A stretch of DNA of 62,987 nucleotides, filler included, from Licmophora abbreviata (taxonomy: Eukaryota): NCBI GenBank assembly GCA_900291995.1. It is 29 parts of 29 records of this genome, joined end to end, with 100 filler letters (N's around TTAATTAATTAA, not from the genome) between each part and the next. Parts side by side here need not be neighbours in the genome. Positions count along the whole stretch, not along the records: positions 1 to 4,322 come from OLMU01006355.1; positions 4,423 to 6,438 come from OLMU01006357.1; positions 6,539 to 7,953 come from OLMU01006359.1; positions 8,054 to 9,398 come from OLMU01006360.1; positions 9,499 to 13,671 come from OLMU01006361.1; 24 more parts are not named here. The stretch is one strand, 5' to 3'. The number at the start of each line of letters is the position of its first letter. Position 1 is the stretch's first letter. A program made the position numbers and the translations under genes. Below are positions 1-10,292 of the stretch, piece by piece. The notes beneath the pieces are model-generated. The model did not search any database. It saw only the letters and a list, made by a program, of their open reading frames with translations, and had not been told where the DNA came from.

Positions 1-3000
1 ATCTGTGTTGGTACGTTCAGTGGCGATACTTTGTTGGGAGGCAAGATCACTTAACGCAACCATGGTGGTGCTGTCAACGGCTCGTCCATAGAAGAGGAAT
101 GTGCCAATGATTTGTTGGAGACGGGTGATGGCGGAAGCGTTAAGTGGTTTGGAATGATCAGGGGCTTCGAGCATTTGGACTTTGGCACCGTATTGAGGCT
201 TGTTGTGACGGAAAGGTGCATGCTGCGGGCGTGATGGTGTTTTGTGGCCGAATTTTTCAAGTGCTTTTTCAACGTATCCCGGCATGGACAAGTCAACGTG
301 ACGGGGTGCTTGATATTGCCAGTCGAGCGAGATGCCGCAGAAAAGTGAAGCGTCCCAGTCGATGGATACGGCTTCGTATTCGCTTTTTAGAATATTGATG
401 AGGTGATCTGCATGTGGCTTGCCTTCGTATTCGATGAGGAAGTCGTCGACAACAAGCGCAAATTGGAGGGGGCGAAACGTGTGGCGCCATAGTCCTGGAG
501 TGAAGCGGCACTGGAAGTATCCGAACTTGGCGAGACGTTTGGCAAGGAGTTTGTTGGCAAGAATTCCGGCTTGTGGCAATCCATACATTCCCTTGTCGAT
601 GCGAATGTAGATGAAGCCTTTGTACTCAAGTGGCGTGAGATTGTATTCGTCGATAATTTCCTGCGGTATCAATGCGATGGGAATACGGATGAACTCGGGG
701 CGATCCATGGGAGTGTTCAGATAGAAGTTTTTGACGTCCAGACAAAGGGCACGTGCTTTTGGTTTGGAAATGATACTGTTGATGAGGCATTTTGCAGTTG
801 TAAGGTCCGCGGTGGGTGCGCTGGTGCTTCCAGGGTAGTTGATCAGGTTGCCTCCGACGGTGAGACGGGTGCGTTCAGGTTCGTCTTTTTGAGGTCGATA
901 GGTACAGACGAAACGGCCGTAGGTGACAGTACGGTCGTGAGGGACCTGATCGCGTCGAATGAATTGGATTGTGTCCGTGCCTTTGATTCTGCCACCGACG
1001 CCTTGGGCCAAGCGACCAAACTCATTTGCGGCCGATTTCAACCAGACGTCCTGTGTTGTTGGGTTTTTTATTAGGTCCCGATATTCAAGGTGACGGCCGG
1101 TGTCGGGATCATAAACGCTGTTGACAAAATGGTCGGTGGTGAGGGGAAGAGACTCAACAATCATCTGTAGCGGCGTATCGGGGACAAGTTGGGGCGGGGG
1201 CTGGTCGACGGTAGCGTTGGCTGTGTGTAGGGCGGGAGGCGGACCCATTGGCGGCGGGGCATACTCTTGGTGTGCGGTGGGCAAAGGCATGGGTGGCGTG
1301 GTACTGGGTTCAATAGGATTGGCTGCGCCCACCCTCGGAGCTGTGGCTGTTTGGAACACGGTGGCTAGCTGCTTTATGGCCGCAAGTTGCGCGTCGCCAA
1401 TTTTGAAGGAAGATGCGGGTTGGGGCCTGTTGAGTGCTGCTATAAGGTCTCGAGCGGCGTGGGTGGCGGCGTCCGCTGAAGAGACGTGTGGCATGGCGCA
1501 ATGTTGTGGGAAGAACTCGACTGTGTCGGCGATTCGGGTGTTCTTGCTTTTGTCGACGTAAATGGTGTAGCATCGATAATGCTCCATGGCTGGTCCAACA
1601 TACCAGCCCGGGGCGCCGTGGACACCCCATGACGGTCGATCGGAGGGTTTGATATGCATGACGGCGCGAGTCCCTGGGGGTGCTAAAGGTGTGCGGTTGA
1701 AGTCAAATGCACCATGGAGTTGGGCATACGCAGATAAGCGGGGGTTGATGCGCGACTGGCGGAGCATATTTAAGGAGATGAGCGCTTGTGGTAGGAGCAG
1801 GTCCCATAGGTGCAGAGGGAAATGTGGGTCGGTGGTGCACAGGCCGGCGATGAAGTGGTCCTTGAATGTGCGGATGGCTCGTTCGGCGGCGTTGCGACGA
1901 TGCATGTGTGGTGGGGCTAACTGGTAGTCGACATTTTCTTGTTTCATGAAGTCTTTTAGAATTCGGCTGGCTTCGTTGTCAAGGCGTTGGAGCTTGGGTT
2001 GTAGGCCTCGGGCGGCGAGAGTGGCATGAAGGTGTTTATAACTGCGGAGAATTTCGGCGGCGGAACGATTCCTGATGGGCTCGGCTAGAATGGCATTGCT
2101 GTCATAGTCGTAGAGGACCATGATGTATTTGTGGCCGCGGCTGGAGTCGACGGGAAGTCGTCCTGTTTGATCGGTTGCGACTCGACCGGTGGGAGCGGTG
2201 GCAATGGCAGCGAAGATCGTATTGGTTGGTTTGCCGTCGGGGATGGGCTCTGGTGGCGGTTCGGTGGTTGAATCGTCACGAGAGATATCGGCAGGCGATT
2301 GGGTGGAGCGTAGATTCTGACGCTGCTGAGCTAGATGGCCGAGAGATGTGGCAATGGACTTCGGTAGGAATTTTCGGACATTGGCTGTGGTGAACTGGGG
2401 CCAGGTGGCAAAGTTGCCGTTGGAGATGGCTTTGAGAAGAGTGGCATCGGTGGACTGAAACAAGCTTGGTGAAGAAACTGGATCAAGTCGGTTGGAGTGG
2501 TCGGGTGCAGGGCGAGATGTGCTGCATGGGATGGAGTTGGATTTGGTTGGGGCCGAGCTGGTGGGGGCGGCGGCGATGGCAGGGTGACTTGCCAGAGGCC
2601 ATTGGAAGTTCGTGTGCCCGTGATGACCTCGGCGTTGTTATGGGTGATGGACACTTGGTCGTTTGTGAAGGTGGCTTCACATCCGTGGGAGCAGAGGGTG
2701 CCGACTGAAAGTAGGGAGTGATTCTCGAGGTCGGGGAAGCAATGGGCGATGTTTGCTTCTGGGGAGACGTGTGGCAGTGCGAGGTGACACGTGTGTGTAG
2801 AATGGATAGTTTGGCCGTCGGGGAGGGTGACAGAGATTGGATGGTTCGTTGGAGTTAGAGCACCGGGTGGCGCTGGGTGGAGTTGGAGGAAGTGACCTGT
2901 GGTGCCGGTGTCGGCGATTGCTAGGCTTGTTTTGAGTCGGTGAGGCTTCTTGTCTTGTTTGATAAGAGATTTAGTAACAAGGTTAGTAGTTGGATCTACT

Positions 3001-3023
3001 ACTAGGGCCGCCGACTGTCCCTG
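1..3023 (-). mobile_element. Ty1/copia (CoDi-type) pol: protease, integrase, RT; one frameshift near 2452; runs off the window start
   Basis: Manual translation: AIADTGTTGHF protease; DQTGRLP, YDYDSNAIL, LDNEAS, HRRNAAERAIRTFK integrase; RTRLTVGG, DVKNFYL, GMYGLPQAG, LVVDDF RT. Absent from the ORF track because no stop occurs before position 1. Confidence 0.93.
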
Positions 3024-4286
3024 TCATTTGCTGGTACCTGGTTGGTTGAGCTTGCTTCCTCCCATGGTGTTAGAACGTGTGGCCTTGGCTTGATGTCCGT
3101 GCGCTGGGTTCTTGCACGTCTCACTGGTGTGAGTGAGATGGACGCGGTAGCCATGCGTCCAGCAGTAGTTCTCATTGGGACGGTAAGGATCACGAGGCGG
3201 CTTGCTCTTTGTCGCGGTCATCAGCTGGCTTTTGAGGTCGGACATTTCGGTCATCAGGGTTTTGAGTTGGGCGGTGAGGTCAGTGTTGTTTTGAACTAAC
3301 GCGCTGAAAGCAGTACGGTCGGCAGCGGTGGCGGTGGCTAAGTTTGCAAGTGCTTCGGCCGTTGTGTTTTCCTGATCTTCCATGGCAAGCGCGCTTTGAT
3401 GCGAGTATCCGGCACCGGTGGTGGTCTGTTGCTGTAGGCGAAGCTGAAGTTGCGCTTCAAGGAAATGCTTTTTGAAATTGTCCCATGTTTGTTCGACGGG
3501 AGGTCGGGCTCGCCATAGCTTCAAATCGTCGAAGTACAGGCCGGTGTTGAAGACGAGCGTGTATGCTGTAGTAAGGATCTGGTTGGGGGTGAATGGCTGG
3601 TTGCCAGCCTCTGCAACGTCGACACAGTCTTCCACTTGGTTGATCAGCTGCTCAAATGGAGAGTTGCCATCCCACGGCGTGGTGATGCGAGCTTGGTTCT
3701 CGACGAGTTGCTGGGGTGTAAGGCGACCGTAAGCTTGGAAGAGGTGCATCAAGAGGTCAAGGAGGGTGACATTGGCGAACCCAACATGACGGTTCTTGAG
3801 AGCACGATAATAAATTGGGTCGATCGCAGTGAGTAGGAGCTTTTTCAAGGCGGCGTGAACACTCGTGTACTCGCGCCATTCACGCAAGGCTTCTGTATGC
3901 TCGCGAATCGTCTGGCTGATCTGGGGACCGGTTGCATTGTTAGGTAAGTTGGGTTGGATGGGAGGCCGGGGAGGGGGAATGAAAGGGTTGCCATCGCTGA
4001 TGGTGAGGTACACAGCCGGCGTGACGACGAGGCCGAGATAACCATGCGTGCCTCCACCTCGGTTGGAGGGGACAGAAGCTGCGTTGGATTTGAGTTGGGT
4101 TCGAAGGTTGGTAAGGGCCTCAAAGTCGGGGAGGCCTTCAATTTTGTCGACGGTGGACGGGAAAGATTCGATAAAATCTTCGGGGGACGAGACTGATGTC
4201 GTCATGACTGCTGCTGAGTCGAGTCTGCTACTGGGAGCGGCGAGGATGATGGCTGGGGAGGGTGAGATGATTATGCGGCGTGGCAA
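3024..4286 (-). CDS. Copia gag; real start may be the ATG of MTTSV near 4205
   Basis: NAASVPSNRGGGTHGYLGL and the C-terminal YCWTHG..HTSETC..GH knuckle typical of diatom copia gag; directly upstream of and in frame with pol. Confidence 0.88.
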   Translation of the reverse strand: MPRRIIISPSPAIILAAPSSRLDSAAVMTTSVSSPEDFIESFPSTVDKIEGLPDFEALTNLRTQLKSNAASVPSNRGGGTHGYLGLVVTPAVYLTISDGNPFIPPPRPPIQPNLPNNATGPQISQTIREHTEALREWREYTSVHAALKKLLLTAIDPIYYRALKNRHVGFANVTLLDLLMHLFQAYGRLTPQQLVENQARITTPWDGNSPFEQLINQVEDCVDVAEAGNQPFTPNQILTTAYTLVFNTGLYFDDLKLWRARPPVEQTWDNFKKHFLEAQLQLRLQQQTTTGAGYSHQSALAMEDQENTTAEALANLATATAADRTAFSALVQNNTDLTAQLKTLMTEMSDLKSQLMTATKSKPPRDPYRPNENYCWTHGYRVHLTHTSETCKNPAHGHQAKATRSNTMGGSKLNQPGTSK

Positions 4287-4322
4287 GGGATCATCAAGAC
4301 TTAGCTTTCTCTACTAAAGAGG

Positions 4323-4422
4323 NNNNNNNNNNNNNNNNNNNNNNNNNNNNNNNNNNNNNNNNNNNNTTAATTAATTAANNNNNNNNNNNNNNNNNNNNNN
4401 NNNNNNNNNNNNNNNNNNNNNN
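4323..4422. other. Artificial contig spacer, first of 28; others start at 6439, 7954, 9399, 13672, 15056, 16239, 20344, 22376, 24396, 25741, 27375, 28532, 30145, 31578, 33558, 34702, 38528, 42335, 45132, 46234, 47819, 49115, 52556, 55991, 57616, 59496, 60673
   Basis: Identical 100-nt N-TTAATTAATTAA-N blocks with stops in all six frames; base composition changes abruptly across many of them. Confidence 0.98.
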
Positions 4423-6025
4423 AGGATGTGTCCATGGTGACACGACATAGTTTACGGACTGCAGCCAGGGACAGGATGTTCGCAAGGGACTTGGGGTTGA
4501 ACCAGACAGGACCAAAATTCTTGACGTCGCCAACGAGGCGCGACTCTTGGGTCCCGCCGTTCGTGTACACGGTCATGGTACTGGTGGCGGGCCGGATGTT
4601 ACGTAGGTACTTCGGGTTTCGGAAGATGGACACGGTCGATTGACTATCGAGCAAGATCCACGAGTCGGGAATTTCATGTAGCCGAGTCTGAGCGAAAGAG
4701 AAGTCAGACTCGTCGGCAACCGGGGGAGGCGAATCGGGGACAGGGGCCGTGGCGGTCTGTAACAACTGAACACCATCTGGTGGCCCATCGGCGTCATGGG
4801 GAACCGGACAAGAGTTTGCATAATGTCCGAACGAACTGCATTTGTAACACTTCACACTTGGGTGGGTCGCTCCATCGGTACCTGACACGAGCGCTGCGGC
4901 TTGTGCAAAAGTCATACCGACGTCAGGGGCGCCTCCGCTGGTACCACTGCGATCTCCACTATTCTTTGGGCGCTCCTTTGAGCTGCCGGGCTTATCTTTA
5001 GGCTTGACGGGGACAGGTGCTTTGTAACCAACGAGGAGGCTATACGCGCCGGAAAGGTCGGTTGGGTATTGGTCGTTGCCCCGTGAGAACTGGTTCTCAA
5101 GGTCAGCGAGCAAGCTCCCATAACGTCGGCTATCTGCCCGTTTCAGGAAGGCGACAGCCTGGGCGCGGTTGCTGGCGAAGGAGGAGGTGGCCGATTGACT
5201 GAGACGCGGATGCTGTTCTCGAACGGACTTAAGTAGGGCCGTTTCTTGCCCCATCGAGTCGCCGCCTCCGTAGTGTTTGAGGATGTCAAGTTTCGTCCGG
5301 AAAGTTTGCAAATAATCGGACAGGCTCTCGTCTGGGGACTGGCGGTATGTGTAAAAATCAGTGAGCGCATCGTCGAAGGCAAGGAAGATATACCTCTGCC
5401 CTTCGAAACCGTAGGTAACGCCACGGATGGCCTTAAGAAGCCATGCGACATCGCTGGTGTCGTTGCTATCATTGTAGCCTTCCAAGGTCATCACCTTGGC
5501 CTTCATTGCTTCGCTGCATTGTCCCCATGTGACTGCATGGAGTCCTTTCATGTTGCCTGCTAGGTGACTCTTTCTTGTGTAGTATGAGTCTACTTCCTTC
5601 TGCCATAGGGCCGACTGGAGTCGGCTCGCAGCGTCTTCTTCCGAAAGCTCTTCGGGTAATGGGAGGACGGGGGCGTCGAGCGTCTTGAAGAGAGTCGATA
5701 GGTCACCGGCGTGCTTCTGCTTCTTGGCTGAGTACTCCGCTAATGCCTCTAGGGTCTTTACAAACTGTTGTGGGTCACTGGACTCCTGAAACGTTTGGAA
5801 AACATGTCCGTTCATTCCATCCGTATTGCCTTTGAAACTCGATTTCTTCTTCTCGGGACCAGATCCAGATCCACGGGAGAAACGCGACTTGTTCCGATTG
5901 CGGTTTGAGCGCTGAGACTGGGACTGACTGTTCGTTCCGTTCGCTCCTGGCTGTTGGGTCCCGGCGGCAGTGTCAGTGGCTTCTCCAGCTGTACTTCCCG
6001 GTTGGGACGCATCGTCATTAGCCAT
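4423..6025 (-). mobile_element. Copia gag-protease polyprotein, 3'-truncated
   Basis: WGQCSEAMKAK gag; CYKCSSFGHYANSC CCHC knuckle; WILLDSQST protease; ANILSLA; homologous to 52680..55990. Confidence 0.9.
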
Positions 6026-6365
6026 GATGGGCGACGTTATGCGGCGCACGATTGGTATTCACACCGCTGATCGTGCGAATGTGTACCCTTTTGGGAGTGA
6101 CCTTGGTGACTGTACCGACTCTGTCGCGCTCCGTCACCGTCCTTCCGAACAAGGGGTACTTCACTTCGTTCAAGACTCTCACCGTGTCGCCGATACGAAA
6201 AGACTCAACGCCGGATCGGGCGGAGTGGTCGTTGGACGAGGTCGCAGGGGAGAGAGTTTCTGCTTCACGAGCGGCTGCCAAACGACGGAGAAGGACGCCT
6301 TCTTGTACTCGCAGCTGTTCGAGCTGTTCGATGAGTTCCTTGACTGGGTCCTTCGTCTTTGCCAT
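6018..6365 (-). CDS. Small 115-aa ORF upstream of copia gag: N-terminal helix/coiled coil plus KOW/SH3-like C-terminus
   Basis: Same length and clearly homologous to 26477..26824; FRIGDTVRV..RVGTVTKVTPKRVHI pattern; stop overlaps the gag ATG. Confidence 0.75.
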   Translation of the reverse strand: MAKTKDPVKELIEQLEQLRVQEGVLLRRLAAAREAETLSPATSSNDHSARSGVESFRIGDTVRVLNEVKYPLFGRTVTERDRVGTVTKVTPKRVHIRTISGVNTNRAPHNVAHHG

Positions 6366-6410
6366 TCGATGGAGCGAATTCAATTTCTTTTTCTTTTTCG
6401 GTTGAAATAA

Positions 6411-6438
6411 TGTTGAAACTCCACAAAACACTGTTATT
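6411..6438 (-). repeat. Putative 3' end of a 5' LTR (..TTTCAACA)
   Basis: The same GTTTCAACA-TT(A/G)TTTCAA junction is at 26429..26446, upstream of the homologous ORF. Confidence 0.5.
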
Positions 6439-6538
6439 NNNNNNNNNNNNNNNNNNNNNNNNNNNNNNNNNNNNNNNNNNNNTTAATTAATTAANNNNNN
6501 NNNNNNNNNNNNNNNNNNNNNNNNNNNNNNNNNNNNNN

Positions 6539-7953
6539 TGCTTGCAGGAGCACGGCACCCATCCCGTCCTTCGACCAGTCTGTCTTAAGGTAGAAACGCC
6601 GGGCTGTGTCCGGGCGAGCCAAGGTAGGACCGTTCAGGATCGATTGCTTGAGGTCTTGAAGGGTGTCGCTGTGCTCCTTGGACCACAGCTTGCTCAGAAG
6701 CTGAGCTTCCTGCGCAGGGGTTGCGTCTCCTGGCTTGGGTTGCTTGCACAAGAGAGATCTCCACGACCCGATGCGGCTTTCGAACAGCGGTATCCACTGT
6801 CTGTAAAATCCAAATAGTCCAATGATCATTCGTAGGTCCGCGAACGTCTGCGGTCTCTGTAGTGCTTCGAACGCGGCGTATTTAGATTCGGCCGGCTTGT
6901 TCCCGTCTGGGGTGATGTCGACGCCTACAAACTCGCAGCGCTCGCGGAACCACTTGCACTTCTTTAGCTTCACTGTGACCCTGTAGTGGCGGAGGACCCG
7001 TAGGACTACTCGAAAGTAGTCGAGAAGGTTCGCCTCAGAGTCGCCGTAAAGAAACACGTCGTCTACGATGACTTTCGATCCCACGTCCTGAAGATTCTGG
7101 TCGGCGGCAAGCTTATCCCATTCTTTCCGCAAATAATTGGACATGGCAACGAAGGTCGGCATGGAGTTGAGGGAGCCCATGGGCATGACTGTCCACGTCT
7201 TCTTGCCGTCGGGAGCCCAGAAGGCCAGCCGAGCTCGTGCCTCTGGCTCCGCCAAAATTTGCCAGTAGCCCGAGTCCATGTCAATGGCAATGAAGAACTT
7301 GGCAGAAGGTGGAATCTCGGCAACCGCGTCATCGCAACGAGGTATGGGGTACTGGAACGGCCGCGTGACCTGGTTTAATCTGCGGTAGGATACGCAGAGT
7401 CTCCATTGGTACTGGTGGTATGGGACGTCGCGTTGGTTTGGCTTCGCCGCGAGAACTATCTGGGCGCCCCATGGTCCCGTGTCGTCGACCACGAGTCCGT
7501 TGCGCTCCAGCTTATCCAGGAGCTTGTTCATTTCCTGGGTCTCATGCGGGCCGTAGCGGGGCTGGCGGCAGCAGATAGGCGGGCTGTTGCCAGTGTCGAT
7601 CTGGAAAGAGAAGCCTCGAATGGGACGACGTAGACCGTCTTCGCAGAAGACGTCCCAGTGTTCTTGTACCACGTCTCGGACGACCGCTTGCAGGTGCTGG
7701 GGAACTCTGTCAAGAGCTAGGTTCCTCGCCACTTCGCCGCTGTCGCGTGACGGGTCAAAGATGATGACGTCGTCTCGCGGAGGAAGAGGTGCTTTCTGTC
7801 TGCGGAGGGACTGTCCGTGCTCCTTGTAGATCCACTCCGAAGCCTCGAGCAGGTCTGGGCCTAGCTCTGGCTCCTGATAGGTGGACGACAAGGGAGGGCG
7901 GTAGATTTTCCTGGGGATTTCGACGACTCCGTCCTTGGGGTCAGACGTGTAGG
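6539..7953 (-). mobile_element. Ty3/gypsy-like RT and start of RNase H, partial
   Basis: WRLCVSYRRLN, DMDSGYWQI, VMPMG, IVDDVFL, KCKWF, then FYLKTDWSKDGMGAVLLQ; RT followed by RH with a gypsy-type motif set. Confidence 0.88.
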
Positions 7954-8053
7954 NNNNNNNNNNNNNNNNNNNNNNNNNNNNNNNNNNNNNNNNNNNNTTA
8001 ATTAATTAANNNNNNNNNNNNNNNNNNNNNNNNNNNNNNNNNNNNNNNNNNNN

Positions 8054-9396
8054 CGGTCCACGACGGTAGAAGTTCTGGATGTGCTTTCGTGCGTTGGAGA
8101 GAACCTCGGGGTCTGATTTGTTTGGGCAGTGACGGAAGAGATGGTGCCGGCTGCCATGGTGCTTCGTGTTGGTGCACCCCCAGCATTCCTTCGGAGAGTT
8201 AGTGCCTGTGGCCTTAGTAATGGCCTCTTCCGCCAGGCTAACCATGACTGCGGCAGACAAATAGGCGTCGTCGCCAGCAGCCAGTCCGGTGCCTTCCTCC
8301 TCCGCCGTGACCATGGTTGCTGCGGCCACAAAGTCGTGCTGCCTATCGGCTTCCATCAAGAGCTCATCCACCGACGGGGACACGTTGGAATCGACCAAGG
8401 CTGAGAAGGCAAAACCTGCTCCTCGTCCCCCTGTCGCACGGGCTGTGCGAGAGACTGCCTTGGCGTTGGCTTTCGTTTCCGCTTCGATCCGTGCTGCGTA
8501 TGCCTTGACCTCGGTGACGCGAGCGGAAGCAGCAGCGTGAGACTCGTTCTGAGGCATCGGCGGAGTGACGTACTCTCGCGCAGAAAGGATGTCTTTGACG
8601 CTCGGGGAGAGGTTGTCACGGAACGTCTGCGCAACGTCGATGCGGTATTGGCCATGCCGAGTCGGTAGGCTCTCCAGACACCGGAGGAAACGAGTGTAGT
8701 AAGCCGATACCGACGACTCCACCACGTGTCCTCGTTCGTATCGTGACTGCCGACAGTTGTTAATGTCGGTGTAAGCTTGGCTCTCTACTGCTGTGGCATC
8801 TCCGACGAATGCTGCACGGAGGAGCCGCAACAGGTGATCCAGGACGCACTCGTGATAGAACCGCTGCACGTCTTCCTTCAGGATGTCGTGGCGGAACTGG
8901 GGCCGGTTCGCGCCACGGCGGGTGTTCAGCGCTCCGAATCGCAAAGGAGCGTTGAAGAGCGGAGGTAGAATCGTCAAGAGGAGCTGGGGGTTGCTTAGCA
9001 CCTGACCAGTCAGCAGCGGGTGCAGGAGCGACGGGTCGTCTGGGTCACGAGGTAGCTCCAAAGACGCTGGGAAGTCTGCAGGGTTGACAGTGCTGTCCCC
9101 CAGGATGCGTCGGGGATTGACAGTGACGGTCAGCTCATAGAAAATGGCTTGACGACGCTGCGCCGGGGTAAGATTCACCCCAAAAGTGAGGGCTCCACCG
9201 CGTGCATTGATGAGTTCGCCGCTGCGGTAGGAGAACGCATGAGAAGCAGCTGGAAGGCCTGGAGGATCGACCAGACTGATCTCATTGGTGTCGAAATCAA
9301 ACAGACGTTCGAACGCAGCTTGAGCTTCCAGGAGCTTGGGGCGTCCAATATTGAAACGCGAGGCGAAGAAAGCCGCCTGGTCACGAGGGTGGGCGC
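8054..9396 (-). mobile_element. Gag-like ORF, probably of the adjacent gypsy-like element; open across the whole contig
   Basis: Frame stays open upstream of the annotated GTG; CWGC..HLFRHC knuckle near the C-terminus; same composition and strand as the neighbouring RT contig. Confidence 0.6.
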
Positions 9397-9498
9397 CANN
9401 NNNNNNNNNNNNNNNNNNNNNNNNNNNNNNNNNNNNNNNNNNTTAATTAATTAANNNNNNNNNNNNNNNNNNNNNNNNNNNNNNNNNNNNNNNNNNNN

Positions 9499-10177
9499 AG
9501 CCATCTAGTAGTTTCTTACTTGTTGCTTCAAACCAATGGTTGCTTATGCCGCTAAGTGTTTCTTGGCTAATACCTACAGTCATCATGCCTTGATTACTTT
9601 TTAGCATAAACCATGCTCTCTTCAAAGATTCCACCGAGACTGCTCTCTCAAAAAGTTTTTCGTCGTTTCTAAACCAGTTTAAGTCTACTCCATGTTCTTT
9701 ACCATTTGTACCATTAGATAGTGAGGCCGACCCATTTTCCGATTCACCTGACAAGGTTGAAAAGTATTTTCGGGTCTCCCCTGCCACAGGAAAGTAACTG
9801 TGACTTGTGCGCATATGTAAAATACCGGGCGTGTTTCCCGCCTTAATACGGACTCTCTGATCCCTAAACCCATCTGTCACAGTATGCTTAAGCGTCTGCA
9901 CGCGGCAAAGAACTGTGTTCAACTGGGAGACAATTGTCTGGTTTTGTAAGCGTATGAGATTTCTTTTCGGAGTGACGGGTCTTCTAATAAAATACCTTAC
10001 TGCAGCCTTCTGCGCTGAGAGAGTAACTTGGTATATAAGGTCGAAAACTACTCGTAGGAAGCTTTCAGGTACGGAACCGAAGTATCGCACCCGTCCCTTG
10101 AGCGTGTATATAATGTTTTTTATGTTAACCATTTATATTATATACTTACCGGTAGGTTACATGTTTAACGCCCGCGC
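9499..10177 (-). mobile_element. 5' part of a group II intron after the cox3 exon, with the N-terminus of its RT/maturase (ORF start 10132)
   Basis: Starts GCGCG (variant of GUGYG) right after WHFVD; RT0-like SVESLKRAWFMLKSNQG..ETLSGIS..WF. Confidence 0.75.
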
Positions 10178-10178
10178 C

Positions 10179-10292
10179 ATCCACAAAATGCCAATACCAT
10201 GCTGATGATTCAAAACCAAAATGGTGAGTATTTGTATAATGTAAATAAATACATCTCATTAATGAAACAAATAAAGATATTGTACCAATAAA
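10179..10292 (-). CDS. cox3: Internal exon of mitochondrial cytochrome c oxidase subunit 3
   Basis: Translates to FIGTISLFVSLMRCIYLHYTNTHHFGFESSAWYWHFVD, the conserved COX3 C-terminal signature; Trp encoded by TGG. Confidence 0.93.

Noticed and set aside
4323..4422. Regular TTAATTAATTAA repeat and ORFs ending XXX-LIN
   Set aside because: Artificial linker between contigs
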